Of a stretch of 64,000 nt of DNA, positions 30,680-40,537 are shown piece by piece. The translations under genes were made by a program, and so were the position numbers. Position 1 is the stretch's first letter. The number at the start of each line of letters is the position of its first letter. The notes beneath the pieces were generated by a model. The model was not told where the DNA came from and did not search any database. It worked only from the letters and a program-made list of their open reading frames with translations. Location: assembly GCA_963668625.2 (NCBI GenBank), contig CAXXKA010000005.1:1-64000 (forward strand), given 5' to 3'. This DNA comes from an uncultured candidate division Zixibacteria bacterium. GTDB lineage: Bacteria > Zixibacteria > MSB-5A5 > UBA10806 > 4484-95.

Positions 30680-33600
30680 TTAACGGCCGGTACCTTTTAA
30701 GCTTTTGTTAATCTCATCGATTAACGCTGCCGGTGGAGGGGTTTGAGCGCAATAGCCGGGTGCGGGTCTCTGGTCGCGGAAAAACTTGACCAGATACGAT
30801 ATATCAGATCCCAGGAACGCGCAGTTACCGTTAACATCACCGGCGGCATAAAGCCAGGTATTCGTCGAATCGTTCCAGCAGCTATCAGGCGGAACGCTGC
30901 CGGTGGCTTTAATGTAAGATACCCCAAAAGTGACATCGGCAATATTAACGGAGCCATCGCCATTGATATCACCGGGAATATAATCGCAATCGGGAGCATC
31001 GAATACCTCGAAATGTACCGGTATATCAACGGACGGATAATCCGAGTCGTTGGTGAACATGTGAAGTGTTCCCTCGTACTGACCAATCTCCAAATCGGCA
31101 GCATCGCAGACTACTGCCACTGTAGCATTAGTGTGCGGAGAAAGCGTACTGCTGGCCGGCTCGACAGACAACCAGCTCGTGAAGGCGCTTATTTGTACCG
31201 CCATCGGTGGTTCTATATAAGCGGAGTTGTAACAAACCTGCAAAGCGTCACTGCCTGAGGCATTCTCGATGCCTACCGTAGCCTGGTTAACATCCGGGCC
31301 GGTAGCCTCTTTATACTGGTAGACTATTTTACCGGATCTCAGCAAAATGATTTGATAGGTGAACGAACCTTCATCGCTGTAATGAGGCACCTCGATATAT
31401 GATATGACACAGCTATCCGAACCATTGTTGTAATAGTAAGCCTCGCCGCGCGTATCGAAATTCATATCATCCCAGTAAACCGCCAGCATGTTGTTCGGAG
31501 CATCCGAGTTAGGAATCTCGGTGTTATTATATTCGACAGTTTGATCGCCGAACGTGCAATAACCGTTCGAGCAAACCCGGAAATTGCTATAGGTATTGCC
31601 GTAGAAATTAAAATCGAAACCGATTGGGTACGGGCCGAGACTTTCCTCATCATCGATCCCTGTTACGCGAGTGCCTACCTCCGTGATATCTATCCAGTTG
31701 TATACAGGTCCGCCCGGTTCGTTCGAATCGATCCAGGTATAACCGAAATTATCAGGGCCGCCGGAATCCAAAATAACGGGCGGATTCACGGGGCCGTTCA
31801 TGGTCTCGGTCTTGGATTCACTCGCCACGACCTCTATATCTTGATTAACCTTGAGCGGCGCGCTTATCGGCTGTTTGGCGGTCGTGACAAGGTACTCTTC
31901 GGTTTCTACGGAGATGGAATAGAACAGGTAACCATCACCGTTGTTATCTATATGGATATATCCCTCGGCCTGATCGCCCGGTTCAGAGGCCATATCGAAC
32001 TCATTCGGGCTGTAAGCCATATCAGGGGGAGCCGCCAATCCGGTTGCAGTAGTAATCTTAAGCGCTAAACCATCGGCTAATTGAGCGGCGCCGGGATGAT
32101 ACACATTGTCGTACTGGTACTCGAGACCATCATTCTGATCGTAGTTTTCGAAACCAACCGAGGAGTAAGCCTCGGGATAATAAGGATCACTGCTGGAGTC
32201 ATCATTGTTTATTACCATGTATTGGAATACTATCTCACAGTCACCGGTCGGCGTTGGACGGGAATCCGTATCGTAGAAAATCATTTGGAAAGTCTCGGTT
32301 GAATTAGTACGCGCGTGCCTGCATCCGCTCCATTCGATTATGAATAGCCCATTTGTTTGATCATGATATGTATATATACCGTTCGTGCTGCCGGTATATT
32401 CGAGATCATCCCAGAACGGCGATATCTGCGCCCGGGCATTGCCGTAATCGGGTATCGGCCAGTTATCCCAGTTATGCCAGTAATTACCGCCGACATCGTA
32501 AGGTATTGTATCGAAAGCCACGAAACCGTTGGTTGAGATTATCATATAATCGTAAACTTCGCCATAGTATGTAATATCAAACGGGGGATCGAATTCAACC
32601 GAGGCGTCATCCGTGGCAATACTCAGACGAGTACCACTGCCGCCCAGATTCGGGTTGATCTCTATCCAGTCGTAAATCGGGGCGTGAAGGTAACCCATAT
32701 CGGTGTTATCGTAGATATAGTAACCATAGTTGTCCGGCCCGATCGGATCGAACGTGTTTATGGTACCGATAACGATCGAGAACGTTTTACTGAAACTGAC
32801 GGCCTCGAGGCCGGGATTCGTAGTCGTAAAATTGATAGTGAAATTGACATTACGTCCGTTGTAAGCTTCATTATCAACCGAGATCGTCAGCGGGCTGCCG
32901 GAGTTATCGCCGGTAGCGCCGGCGGCTATATTACCCCAGTTGCCTAAATCGTGAGATATCGATACGTATTCGTCCTCACAGCTCAATGTACCCGTGATTC
33001 CAATGCCGTCCAAACCACCGGCATTCATGAATTCGATTACCATATCAGCGGTTTGTCCGGGGTTGATAACATCACCGGAAATATCAGGAAAGCTGACCTC
33101 GAGCTGGGTCGGCTTAACCGATACGGCTTCGACCGCGATTATCGACTGCCAGCTGCCCTGGTTGGAGCTAACATCCACGTACAATAAAACCCTATCGCCA
33201 TGCGGTATATCACCGTCGAGCTCTATCACGAACTCATTGCCGGCATCGGCATCGTTGCCGTATGCTATATCGGGGTAGCTTAAACTACCGGTGATAATAT
33301 TGACTCTCTCGTCATTGGTAGTCAATGTGGCCTGCACGCCGGTTGCATTCTGAGAATTGCCGTAGTTGTGAAGTCTGACTGCCAGACCGAGTTCCTCGCC
33401 GGAATTGGTTTCACCGTCATTGTTACCCGAGGCGTCACTGTAGAGTACGGTATCGATTCCCACCGATACGGCCTGCTGGTTAACCTGGCATTCGGCCATA
33501 TGAGGAATATAATCACGAGCGGTGACGGTCACATGTATAACATCAGTGCCGGAATTATTAAAATCGAAAATAGCCTGACCGGCGGCGTCGGTGTAAGCGC

Positions 33601-35506
33601 CCATGTAGATAGTCTCATCGCCCATATCACCCTGTACCAGGTTAACAAAGGCGTTCTCGAGTGGCGAACCGCCTTCACCATTAACAGTAATTGTCATATG
33701 GTTCGTGCCGTATTCTATACTGGAGGGGTGGCTGACTGCCATGCTTTTCGGTATCTCGGTTCTTATCGGAAGTTCGGGGTCACCGAGAGAGTTATAGGTA
33801 TTATAATATCTGTTAACCGAATTTCCCGGCGCGGTAAGTGAGGGGTAAGCCTCATATATTCTCAATTTACCCATGAACATATTCTGGCTGAAATTGTAAA
33901 TTCCCTGTTCGAACAAACTCCAGAAAAATCCGACCATATTGGGATTGTTGTAAGCGGTATGGGTGCTATGATCCGTACAGCCATAGTAATTAGGCCCGCC
34001 CTTGGGTGAGGTGACTGAACCGTAGCGTATCCAGGCCTCGCCGAAACAAACATTCGATCCGTAATCGCCGGTACCGCAAACGATCGATACCATGATACCG
34101 ATTTTCCACCCGTTGGTCAAACTGCTGATATCGGATACCGTATATGACGGGTTATACCAGCCAGAGGAGCCGGCCCAGCCACGATACGATACATACGATA
34201 CGCCGTTATTGATAGCGCCCGGTATCGTGCTCCAGTTCGGCGCGCCGCTGCCCCAGTCGAATACCGTATCAACCTGGGTGTAACCATGTTCCATGGCGAT
34301 ATCGCGCACCCAGAGATTGGTTATACGAGGCGAGGTGGCATAGATATTACCTGCCACGCCCAGTCCGCGTTTCCAATAGCCGGGGTCATCCATGTACGGA
34401 TCCTGTTCGTATCTCAGCACTTTGTACATGGCCGTGCGAAGTTCATTCATATTGTCAACCGACATCCTGGCCAGGAATATATCGGATATATAATCGCTGC
34501 CGTCTACCGTGCTGTACTGATGGTCGGAGGTGTAACTGCTGTACGGGTAATCGGGAATGCGCTGGTCCTCGTCACCGACTAACAGCACGTAATCGGGTGG
34601 TATATCCCAGGTCTCGTAAGCGTTCTCGATATAAGCGTACACCTGGGAAGAGGTCGGTGTACCCGAGGGAGTGATCTCATCGGATTCGACCACGGTGGTG
34701 TAATAACCCTTCTTATGTTTCCAGTCGGCCAGCACCCCGATAGTATCGCCGAAACTATAATTGTTCGGCGCAATGATCAGGTAGCCGCCCTTGCGCGGTT
34801 CGTAATCGGATAAAACATCCTCGGCGTTATCGAACACGGTTCTGTATATATTCAGGAACGAATCGGAGATATAATTGTCTCGCCGCGTTTTTGCGTTAGT
34901 CATATCGGCGCCCTGGTAAACCAGTTCGTAGTTTATACTGGTGTATACGCGAAGCTCTTTGGTTACCGGGTTATACTGTACCGGCTGAATGCCCACTTGC
35001 ACGAAACGAAAATCGCGCATGATCGCCGGCTCGCCGATACTGACCAAGTTCTCCGGATAGAACCTGTTTTCGGAGTAGACCTCCCGGTTCATCGCGAACT
35101 CATCCGACTGCTCGCCCGATTCCGATTCCAATTTCAATGGCTGCACCGGGGCTATATCGATATCCTCGTAAACCTCGAAAGAGTAGGAGTTGATATTAAC
35201 CTGTACACCCGATTGATCGGGTATGATGATCATCGAGGAGTAAACCGGTACCTCCGGCGAGCCTACCTCGATTGTCGATCCCCAGTCCGTCATCTCATCG
35301 ATTAGCGGAAGAGTTTTGATATACTCGCGTCCGTCAAGTTCCACGGTCTCGGTAGTTAGTCCTGACATACTGAACTCGCATGAGGTTTTAAACTCATCCG
35401 AGGCTGTCACTACCGCGTCTGACTTGACATTCTCGTTGTAGATCAAATTCGTACCCGCTAAACACAGCGATGGCAGCAGAATCAGAACGGCGATTAATCT
35501 TTTCAT
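30680..35506 (-). CDS. C25 (gingipain-like) cysteine peptidase with propeptide, Ig-like/adhesin domains and C-terminal dockerin-like module
   Basis: Propeptide_C25-like motifs (PEVPV, EPAIMRD, PVQYNP); 'YVLLVGD', 'DIFLARMS', 'SIVCGTG', 'YNSLGDP'; GDINGDG/GDVNGNC EF-hand-like pair at the C-terminus. Confidence 0.88.
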   Translation of the reverse strand: MKRLIAVLILLPSLCLAGTNLIYNENVKSDAVVTASDEFKTSCEFSMSGLTTETVELDGREYIKTLPLIDEMTDWGSTIEVGSPEVPVYSSMIIIPDQSGVQVNINSYSFEVYEDIDIAPVQPLKLESESGEQSDEFAMNREVYSENRFYPENLVSIGEPAIMRDFRFVQVGIQPVQYNPVTKELRVYTSINYELVYQGADMTNAKTRRDNYISDSFLNIYRTVFDNAEDVLSDYEPRKGGYLIIAPNNYSFGDTIGVLADWKHKKGYYTTVVESDEITPSGTPTSSQVYAYIENAYETWDIPPDYVLLVGDEDQRIPDYPYSSYTSDHQYSTVDGSDYISDIFLARMSVDNMNELRTAMYKVLRYEQDPYMDDPGYWKRGLGVAGNIYATSPRITNLWVRDIAMEHGYTQVDTVFDWGSGAPNWSTIPGAINNGVSYVSYRGWAGSSGWYNPSYTVSDISSLTNGWKIGIMVSIVCGTGDYGSNVCFGEAWIRYGSVTSPKGGPNYYGCTDHSTHTAYNNPNMVGFFWSLFEQGIYNFSQNMFMGKLRIYEAYPSLTAPGNSVNRYYNTYNSLGDPELPIRTEIPKSMAVSHPSSIEYGTNHMTITVNGEGGSPLENAFVNLVQGDMGDETIYMGAYTDAAGQAIFDFNNSGTDVIHVTVTARDYIPHMAECQVNQQAVSVGIDTVLYSDASGNNDGETNSGEELGLAVRLHNYGNSQNATGVQATLTTNDERVNIITGSLSYPDIAYGNDADAGNEFVIELDGDIPHGDRVLLYVDVSSNQGSWQSIIAVEAVSVKPTQLEVSFPDISGDVINPGQTADMVIEFMNAGGLDGIGITGTLSCEDEYVSISHDLGNWGNIAAGATGDNSGSPLTISVDNEAYNGRNVNFTINFTTTNPGLEAVSFSKTFSIVIGTINTFDPIGPDNYGYYIYDNTDMGYLHAPIYDWIEINPNLGGSGTRLSIATDDASVEFDPPFDITYYGEVYDYMIISTNGFVAFDTIPYDVGGNYWHNWDNWPIPDYGNARAQISPFWDDLEYTGSTNGIYTYHDQTNGLFIIEWSGCRHARTNSTETFQMIFYDTDSRPTPTGDCEIVFQYMVINNDDSSSDPYYPEAYSSVGFENYDQNDGLEYQYDNVYHPGAAQLADGLALKITTATGLAAPPDMAYSPNEFDMASEPGDQAEGYIHIDNNGDGYLFYSISVETEEYLVTTAKQPISAPLKVNQDIEVVASESKTETMNGPVNPPVILDSGGPDNFGYTWIDSNEPGGPVYNWIDITEVGTRVTGIDDEESLGPYPIGFDFNFYGNTYSNFRVCSNGYCTFGDQTVEYNNTEIPNSDAPNNMLAVYWDDMNFDTRGEAYYYNNGSDSCVISYIEVPHYSDEGSFTYQIILLRSGKIVYQYKEATGPDVNQATVGIENASGSDALQVCYNSAYIEPPMAVQISAFTSWLSVEPASSTLSPHTNATVAVVCDAADLEIGQYEGTLHMFTNDSDYPSVDIPVHFEVFDAPDCDYIPGDINGDGSVNIADVTFGVSYIKATGSVPPDSCWNDSTNTWLYAAGDVNGNCAFLGSDISYLVKFFRDQRPAPGYCAQTPPPAALIDEINKSLKGTGR

Positions 35507-35937
35507 GATCTTATCTCCTTAACGGCTTAAGCAATTTCCATTTAACTGGATGCCATAAATAAATTTCAATAACATGGTAGCACTTATACAGTTGTCAATA
35601 AAAAATTTCTCTTCCCTCAGCTACATTGGGATAGGGTCTTTCAGATTGAGTCGTTATGGCGGCAGGGTAGGGGCCATTGGCTTTCAAGTAAGTTACTTCT
35701 CTCCCGTTGAATAAAAATACCTGAATATTACTAACCGCAATCCACAACAACCCTGATAATCTAGTGATTCTCCGACAACATGTCAATAACATAATACCTC
35801 ATCCCACACTTATAAACAATGTCGACCAATCTGTTAATTCCCTGAGTCAAACGGGCTTATTTCCTGCTAAAATATGCTGTAATTCATCGATCCCGTATCA
35901 AAGTGAAGAGGCCGGGGAGGCAGCACACCGATGCTGT

Positions 35938-36027
35938 CCTGTGGCTGGCGGATGTCCTCGTTCGCCGGCTTTCGTTAGCAGGCAGGTCAGTCGAGGCGCC
36001 ACCGGGGCAGCCCAAACCGCGTGTCTT
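35938..36027 (+). repeat. Dispersed ~90-bp intergenic repeat, copy B
   Basis: Homologous to 24043-24140; begins with hairpin GCTGGCGGA-TGTCCTCG-TTCGCCGGC. Confidence 0.7.
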
Positions 36028-36042
36028 ATGGTACATCCCCAT

Positions 36043-36119
36043 TGTCATCCCGGACTCGATCCGGGATCCAGGGTTGGGGTGATGAATGTTGTCATCCCAA
36101 ACTCGATCCATAACCCAGG
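36043..36119 (+). repeat. Two tandem GTCATCCC-type palindromic (REP/RPE-like) units
   Basis: TGTCATCCCGGACTCGATCCGGGATCCAGG followed by the degenerate TGTCATCCCAAACTCGATCCATAACCCAGG. Confidence 0.65.
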
Positions 36120-36235
36120 GGAAGGGTACAGCTAGCGGTATTTCCCAAAAAACACTTGCCCAAAACATACCGCATAAGCTATTATACAAAATAACCAAAG
36201 GGCGCAGTATAACAACAATAGATTGGGGATTCCTC

Positions 36236-38518
36236 ATGAGTGATTTGGATATTATAAAAGAGCTGGAAGATGAGCTGGGGTTTGAAATACCGCAGGCGGA
36301 TGAAATAAAAATCTTCTCGCCAGGCTATACAATAACTAATAATATAGTATTAGGCCTTTCAGTATATGATGGAAATCTTAAAAATTTCCCCGAATCTATT
36401 ACGAAATTGAATAGCCTGCAGAGATTATCTTTAAGTTATAATCAGCTAAGCACACTGCCCGAATCTATTACGAAATTGAATAACCTGCAGGAATTAGATT
36501 TAGACAACAATCAGCTAAGCACACTGCCCGAATCTATTACGAAATTGAATAACCTGCAGAGATTAGATTTAGGCAACAATCAACTAAGCACTCTGCCCGA
36601 ATCTATTACGAAATTGAATAACCTGCAGGAATTAAATTTAAGCGATAATCAGCTAAGCACACTGCCCGAATCTATTACGAAATTGAATAACCTGCAGAGA
36701 TTAGATTTACACAATAATCAGCTAATTACACTGCCCGAATCTATTACGAAATTGAATAACCTGCAGGAATTATATTTACACAATAATCAGCTAAGCACAC
36801 TGCCCGAATCTATTACGAAATTGTATAACCTGCAGAGATTAGATTTAGGTGGTAATCCTCTTAAAACCCCGCCGATGGAGATTGCTGAAAAAGGCATCGG
36901 GGCTATACGTGAGTATTTCAAATCACTTGAGGGTGAGGAACAGCTACCATTAAACGAGGTTAAAGTGCTGTTCGTAGGGGATGGCGAAGCAGGAAAAACA
37001 TCATTAATTAAGCAATTGACAGGATTAGAATTCGATCCGCATGAAGAGCAGACTTACGGCGTAAATATCAATAAATGGCCGATCTCTATAAACGGCACCG
37101 ATGTCAAACTTCATCTCTGGGATTTTGGCGGCCAGGTTATCATGCACAGTACCCATCAGTTTTTTCTGTCTAAGCGGAGTTTCTATGTGCTGGTTCTTGA
37201 TGGCCGCAAAGAGGAAAACCCGGAATACTGGTTAAAGCTTATTGAAAGCTATGGCGGCGACTCACCCATAATGATAGTAATAAACAAGATCGATCAAAAT
37301 CCCGGCTATGATGTTAACAAGGAATTTCTAAAAGATAAATACAAAGGCATAAAGGGATTTTCAAAACTGTCTTGTTGGACAGGCGATGGTGTTGGGGAGT
37401 TCACGGATGAATTATATAGCGAAATAGCTAAAATGGATTCGATCAGCACCACCTGGGGTAAAAGCTGGTTTGATATAAAAACGAAATTAGAGGATATGAA
37501 GGATAACTATATCACTCTCGAGGATTTTAATGAAATTTGTGCGGATGTTAAACTGCTCGGAAAAAAGAATCAGGATACTTTAGTTGAATTCCTTCATGAC
37601 CTGGGAATAGCCTTGCACTATAAAGAACTGACACTGCTGGGAACACATATACTAAATCCCAAATGGGCAACTCAAGCGGTTTATAAAATTATCACCTATT
37701 CAAAACTTGCCAGATGTAAAGGTGTACTTGCTGTTGATAGTTTCAATGAGATACTGAAAAAGAAAAAGGAAGGGGACTATGAATACCCACCGAGCAAATT
37801 TGAGTATATCGTAAATTTGATGAAGAAATTCGAGCTTTGTTATAAAATTGATGAAAAGACTATACTAATCCCCGATCTCTTGGATATTCAAGAACCTAAG
37901 TTTGAATTCAACTATATAAACGCACTGAATTTCATTCTTGATTTTGACTATCTGCCAAAATCAATAATACCAAGATTTATCGTTAAAATGAACAAAGACA
38001 TTAAAAACAACTACCAGTGGAGAACCGGTGTTGTCCTAGAGGATGAGAACTATAAATCAACTGCTGTTATAAAGGCAGATATTGAATCGGAAAGAATTTA
38101 TATATATGTAGAAGGATCGCAAAGACGGGATTATTTTACGATTATACTTTTCACTTTTAGGGAAATTATAAACACATTTAAGAAATTGAATTACAAAGAG
38201 CAAATACCAATGCCGGATAATCCCGAAATAAAAGTGTCATATAAACACTTGGTGTATTTAGAGGAACGCGGTATTGAAATCTACATTCCTGATGGTGCCG
38301 AAAAAGAATATAACGTTAAAAAGTTGCTTGGAAACATTAAGCCAGATAGAATAAGCGAACAAGAGCTTGCAACATTATTAAAAAGCTTAAAGAAGCGTTT
38401 CGATTCCGAAGAGGATTTCACATCTACAATATTTGGTGTTCTAAAATTTAAACCAAAAATCTTTGGTATAGAGGTAGATATAATAAAATTAATTAAGAAA
38501 TTATTTAAACCGACTTAA
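36236..38518 (+). CDS. Roco-type protein: LRR + Roc GTPase + COR domain
   Basis: Seven 23-aa LRRs; 'NPLKTPP' PLR linker; GDGEAGKTS P-loop, WDFGGQ, NKID; COR motifs (FLHDLG, ILNPKW, WRTGV). ATG 36236 is preferred over 36086. Confidence 0.92.
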   Translation: MSDLDIIKELEDELGFEIPQADEIKIFSPGYTITNNIVLGLSVYDGNLKNFPESITKLNSLQRLSLSYNQLSTLPESITKLNNLQELDLDNNQLSTLPESITKLNNLQRLDLGNNQLSTLPESITKLNNLQELNLSDNQLSTLPESITKLNNLQRLDLHNNQLITLPESITKLNNLQELYLHNNQLSTLPESITKLYNLQRLDLGGNPLKTPPMEIAEKGIGAIREYFKSLEGEEQLPLNEVKVLFVGDGEAGKTSLIKQLTGLEFDPHEEQTYGVNINKWPISINGTDVKLHLWDFGGQVIMHSTHQFFLSKRSFYVLVLDGRKEENPEYWLKLIESYGGDSPIMIVINKIDQNPGYDVNKEFLKDKYKGIKGFSKLSCWTGDGVGEFTDELYSEIAKMDSISTTWGKSWFDIKTKLEDMKDNYITLEDFNEICADVKLLGKKNQDTLVEFLHDLGIALHYKELTLLGTHILNPKWATQAVYKIITYSKLARCKGVLAVDSFNEILKKKKEGDYEYPPSKFEYIVNLMKKFELCYKIDEKTILIPDLLDIQEPKFEFNYINALNFILDFDYLPKSIIPRFIVKMNKDIKNNYQWRTGVVLEDENYKSTAVIKADIESERIYIYVEGSQRRDYFTIILFTFREIINTFKKLNYKEQIPMPDNPEIKVSYKHLVYLEERGIEIYIPDGAEKEYNVKKLLGNIKPDRISEQELATLLKSLKKRFDSEEDFTSTIFGVLKFKPKIFGIEVDIIKLIKKLFKPT
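36389..36871 (+). repeat. Seven tandem 69-bp near-identical repeats encoding LRRs
   Basis: CCCGAATCTATTACGAAATTG starts at 36389, 36458, 36527, 36596, 36665, 36734 and 36803. Confidence 0.95.
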
Positions 38519-38529
38519 ATTAAATAAAA

Positions 38530-38615
38530 TGCCGGAGGTCGGAATCGAACCGACACGGGGTTTTGGCCCCGCCGGATTTTGAGTCCGGTGCGTCTACCAA
38601 TTTCACCACTCCGGC
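38530..38615 (-). tRNA. tRNA-Leu (CAA), CCA not encoded
   Basis: GCCGGAG acceptor stem, D-loop GGTAGA, anticodon loop CT-CAA-AA, long variable arm and GGTTCGATTCC T-loop. Confidence 0.96.
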
Positions 38616-38631
38616 ATACACGCAAAAACCA

Positions 38632-38660
38632 ATAGTAAACTAATTTGTCCCCACAGTCAA
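38632..38660 (-). promoter_or_regulatory. sigma70 promoter of tRNA-Leu
   Basis: Minus strand TTGACT-17 nt-TACTAT. Confidence 0.7.
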
Positions 38661-38719
38661 GAATTTTGTAATACGAAATTTCAAATTACCATATCACACT
38701 TAAAACAGGGAAGAGGCCG

Positions 38720-38781
38720 CCATTGCGAGGGGCTGCCACATATCGACGATCGCTTCGCCCGGTTCGCTCCCTCGCAATGAC
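38720..38781. repeat. CATTGCGAG...CTCGCAATGAC palindromic intergenic element
   Basis: Inverted CATTGCGAGGG / CCCTCGCAATG with an internal GATCGCTTCG, a familiar REP-like architecture. Confidence 0.6.
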
Positions 38782-38790
38782 AGGTAATGT

Positions 38791-40230
38791 CTACATCCTC
38801 ATCATGGCGTCATCGCGTACCATCGCATATACCATATTGTTGCGATTCCAGTGCGCTACTTTCTTGAACAGCGACCGCGCCTCCTCGTTTCTATCGGCTT
38901 TCTCCAGCGCCATCGCATGGTAGTATTGCTGATACATATTCTGCGGGTTAGCCATAGCAAAATGCTCAAGCGCTTTATCGATATCGCCGCCGGCCAGGTA
39001 GGTTAACCCCGCCAGGCCGTGATAGTTAAGCATATTAACCTCATTACCCGAGGCCTCAGCCGACAGGCGGAATTTCTCCAGACGCTCCACCGCTTCATCC
39101 ATTTTACCCTGGCTGGCATAAACACGCGCCTCGACAGCATCCACGGCGCGTATTAAACCCTCGCTGGCCGCTTTTTGAAGTTTCGGATTTTTGGCCAGTT
39201 CCCGTTCGACAGCCGCCTCAGCCAGCGCTTTCTTATAATCGCCGCGCTGTATATATATCAATGCCAGTTGTTGATGAACCCCGCCGGCGTTGGCTATCTG
39301 GTCGCGCGCCATAGCGAATTCGATCTGCTCTCGCAGTGTCTTGATAGCTTTATCCAGCTTGTCCTGGTGAACATAAGCCGTGGCAGACCAGAAAAAATAT
39401 ACGTTGGTATCGGCCACGCTCCTGGCATTCGTCAGGAAAGCGCGATAATTCTCGAGAGCCTTGTCGAATTTCTTGGTGAAACAATAGTTATGCCCCAGTC
39501 CGGCATGAGAGGCGTTGAAATTGGGGTCTTTCTCGAGCGAGGTTTCGTAAGCTTTTATCGAGTTCTCGTAATTGCCGCTGTGGAGGTATATCTCGCCCAT
39601 GGAATCGTACGGATTGGGATCATCCGGGCGCAGCGAGGCGTAGGTTTTCAGGGCATCGATTGCCTCGGGATATTTCATCTGGTTGGAATAAGCATATGCC
39701 AGCATATTGTAAACCGGCGCGAATTTCGGATCGAGCTCGGTTATTTTGAAAAACTCCCTCTCGGCGTTAGCCCATTCCTGCTGCCCGAAATAAAATATGC
39801 CCATCAGGTAATGCGCACGGCGGCTTTCCGGCAGAAGCTGCACCAGTTTTTCCAGATAAATCCGGGCCTCGGCTGTGTTATCCTCGCTGTTGGCCTGCAT
39901 CTGCATGATCGCAAGCTGTTCCGGCTCGGTTGCGCCATCCTTATACTGCATTGCCAGCGCCAGATGGTTGCGGAAATCATCCCCGGTGGTTGCTGTCTGG
40001 GCGCGATAAAAATGCGCCATCGCGAATTTCGGATCTGCCTCCAGCGCCTGATCCAGTAATGTTCGGGCGTTGTTCAATTGAAGCATATCCAGTTCTGCCA
40101 ATCCCCGCGTGAAATGATCTAAAGCCTGCGCCGAATCGGTAGTATAAACGAAATCTTTCGGTTGCTGGCTGCAGGATACGATCAATAAAAACATCAATAC
40201 ACATGCAAAGCCCAGTTTAAATAGCCTCAT
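38791..40230 (-). CDS. TPR-repeat lipoprotein
   Basis: ATG 40230 follows AGGAGGAG; lipobox LIVS-C; multiple TPRs. Confidence 0.85.
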   Translation of the reverse strand: MRLFKLGFACVLMFLLIVSCSQQPKDFVYTTDSAQALDHFTRGLAELDMLQLNNARTLLDQALEADPKFAMAHFYRAQTATTGDDFRNHLALAMQYKDGATEPEQLAIMQMQANSEDNTAEARIYLEKLVQLLPESRRAHYLMGIFYFGQQEWANAEREFFKITELDPKFAPVYNMLAYAYSNQMKYPEAIDALKTYASLRPDDPNPYDSMGEIYLHSGNYENSIKAYETSLEKDPNFNASHAGLGHNYCFTKKFDKALENYRAFLTNARSVADTNVYFFWSATAYVHQDKLDKAIKTLREQIEFAMARDQIANAGGVHQQLALIYIQRGDYKKALAEAAVERELAKNPKLQKAASEGLIRAVDAVEARVYASQGKMDEAVERLEKFRLSAEASGNEVNMLNYHGLAGLTYLAGGDIDKALEHFAMANPQNMYQQYYHAMALEKADRNEEARSLFKKVAHWNRNNMVYAMVRDDAMMRM

Positions 40231-40537
40231 GTTTCTCCTCCTTAGTAATTTAAATTTATGTTGAACATATATTGCTAATGCACAGCCCTGAGAGTTCATA
40301 GCTTAGATTAAATATATACATATATCAAGTAAAAATATTCTCCCGCAATTGAATGGCATGTTATATGTATCATTTACTAAGTCAAATCGTTGCCCCTATC
40401 AATAGCTGAGTTTTCAGGAATACTTTCCTGACTATACCGGCCCGTGACTCGAAAATCTCCTATGCTATGGTGTAAGGAATCCTTTCTTGACACCTCATTA
40501 CATGCGATCTACGATTCTGAAAAATCCTAAATGAATC

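Noticed and set aside
35610-35720. GC-richer leader upstream of the C25 gene as a possible riboswitch
   Set aside because: I could not match c-di-GMP, SAM, cobalamin or other known consensus motifs by eye; an Rfam/Infernal search is needed.
36086-36235. Longer N-terminus of the Roco ORF (similarly 57437, 40299, 25682 and 9253 starts)
   Set aside because: The extensions run through repeats, terminators or neighbouring genes; downstream ATGs fit RBS, signal-peptide or domain starts better.
36389-36871. Regular direct repeats resembling a CRISPR array
   Set aside because: The period is 69 bp, in frame, and the 'spacers' are nearly identical and encode LRRs; no cas genes are present.
36389-36871. 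Diversity-generating retroelement
   Set aside because: No reverse transcriptase and no separate template repeat in the window; kept only as a remark.
39175-40059. 294-aa plus-strand ORF
   Set aside because: Antisense shadow of the TPR lipoprotein gene.
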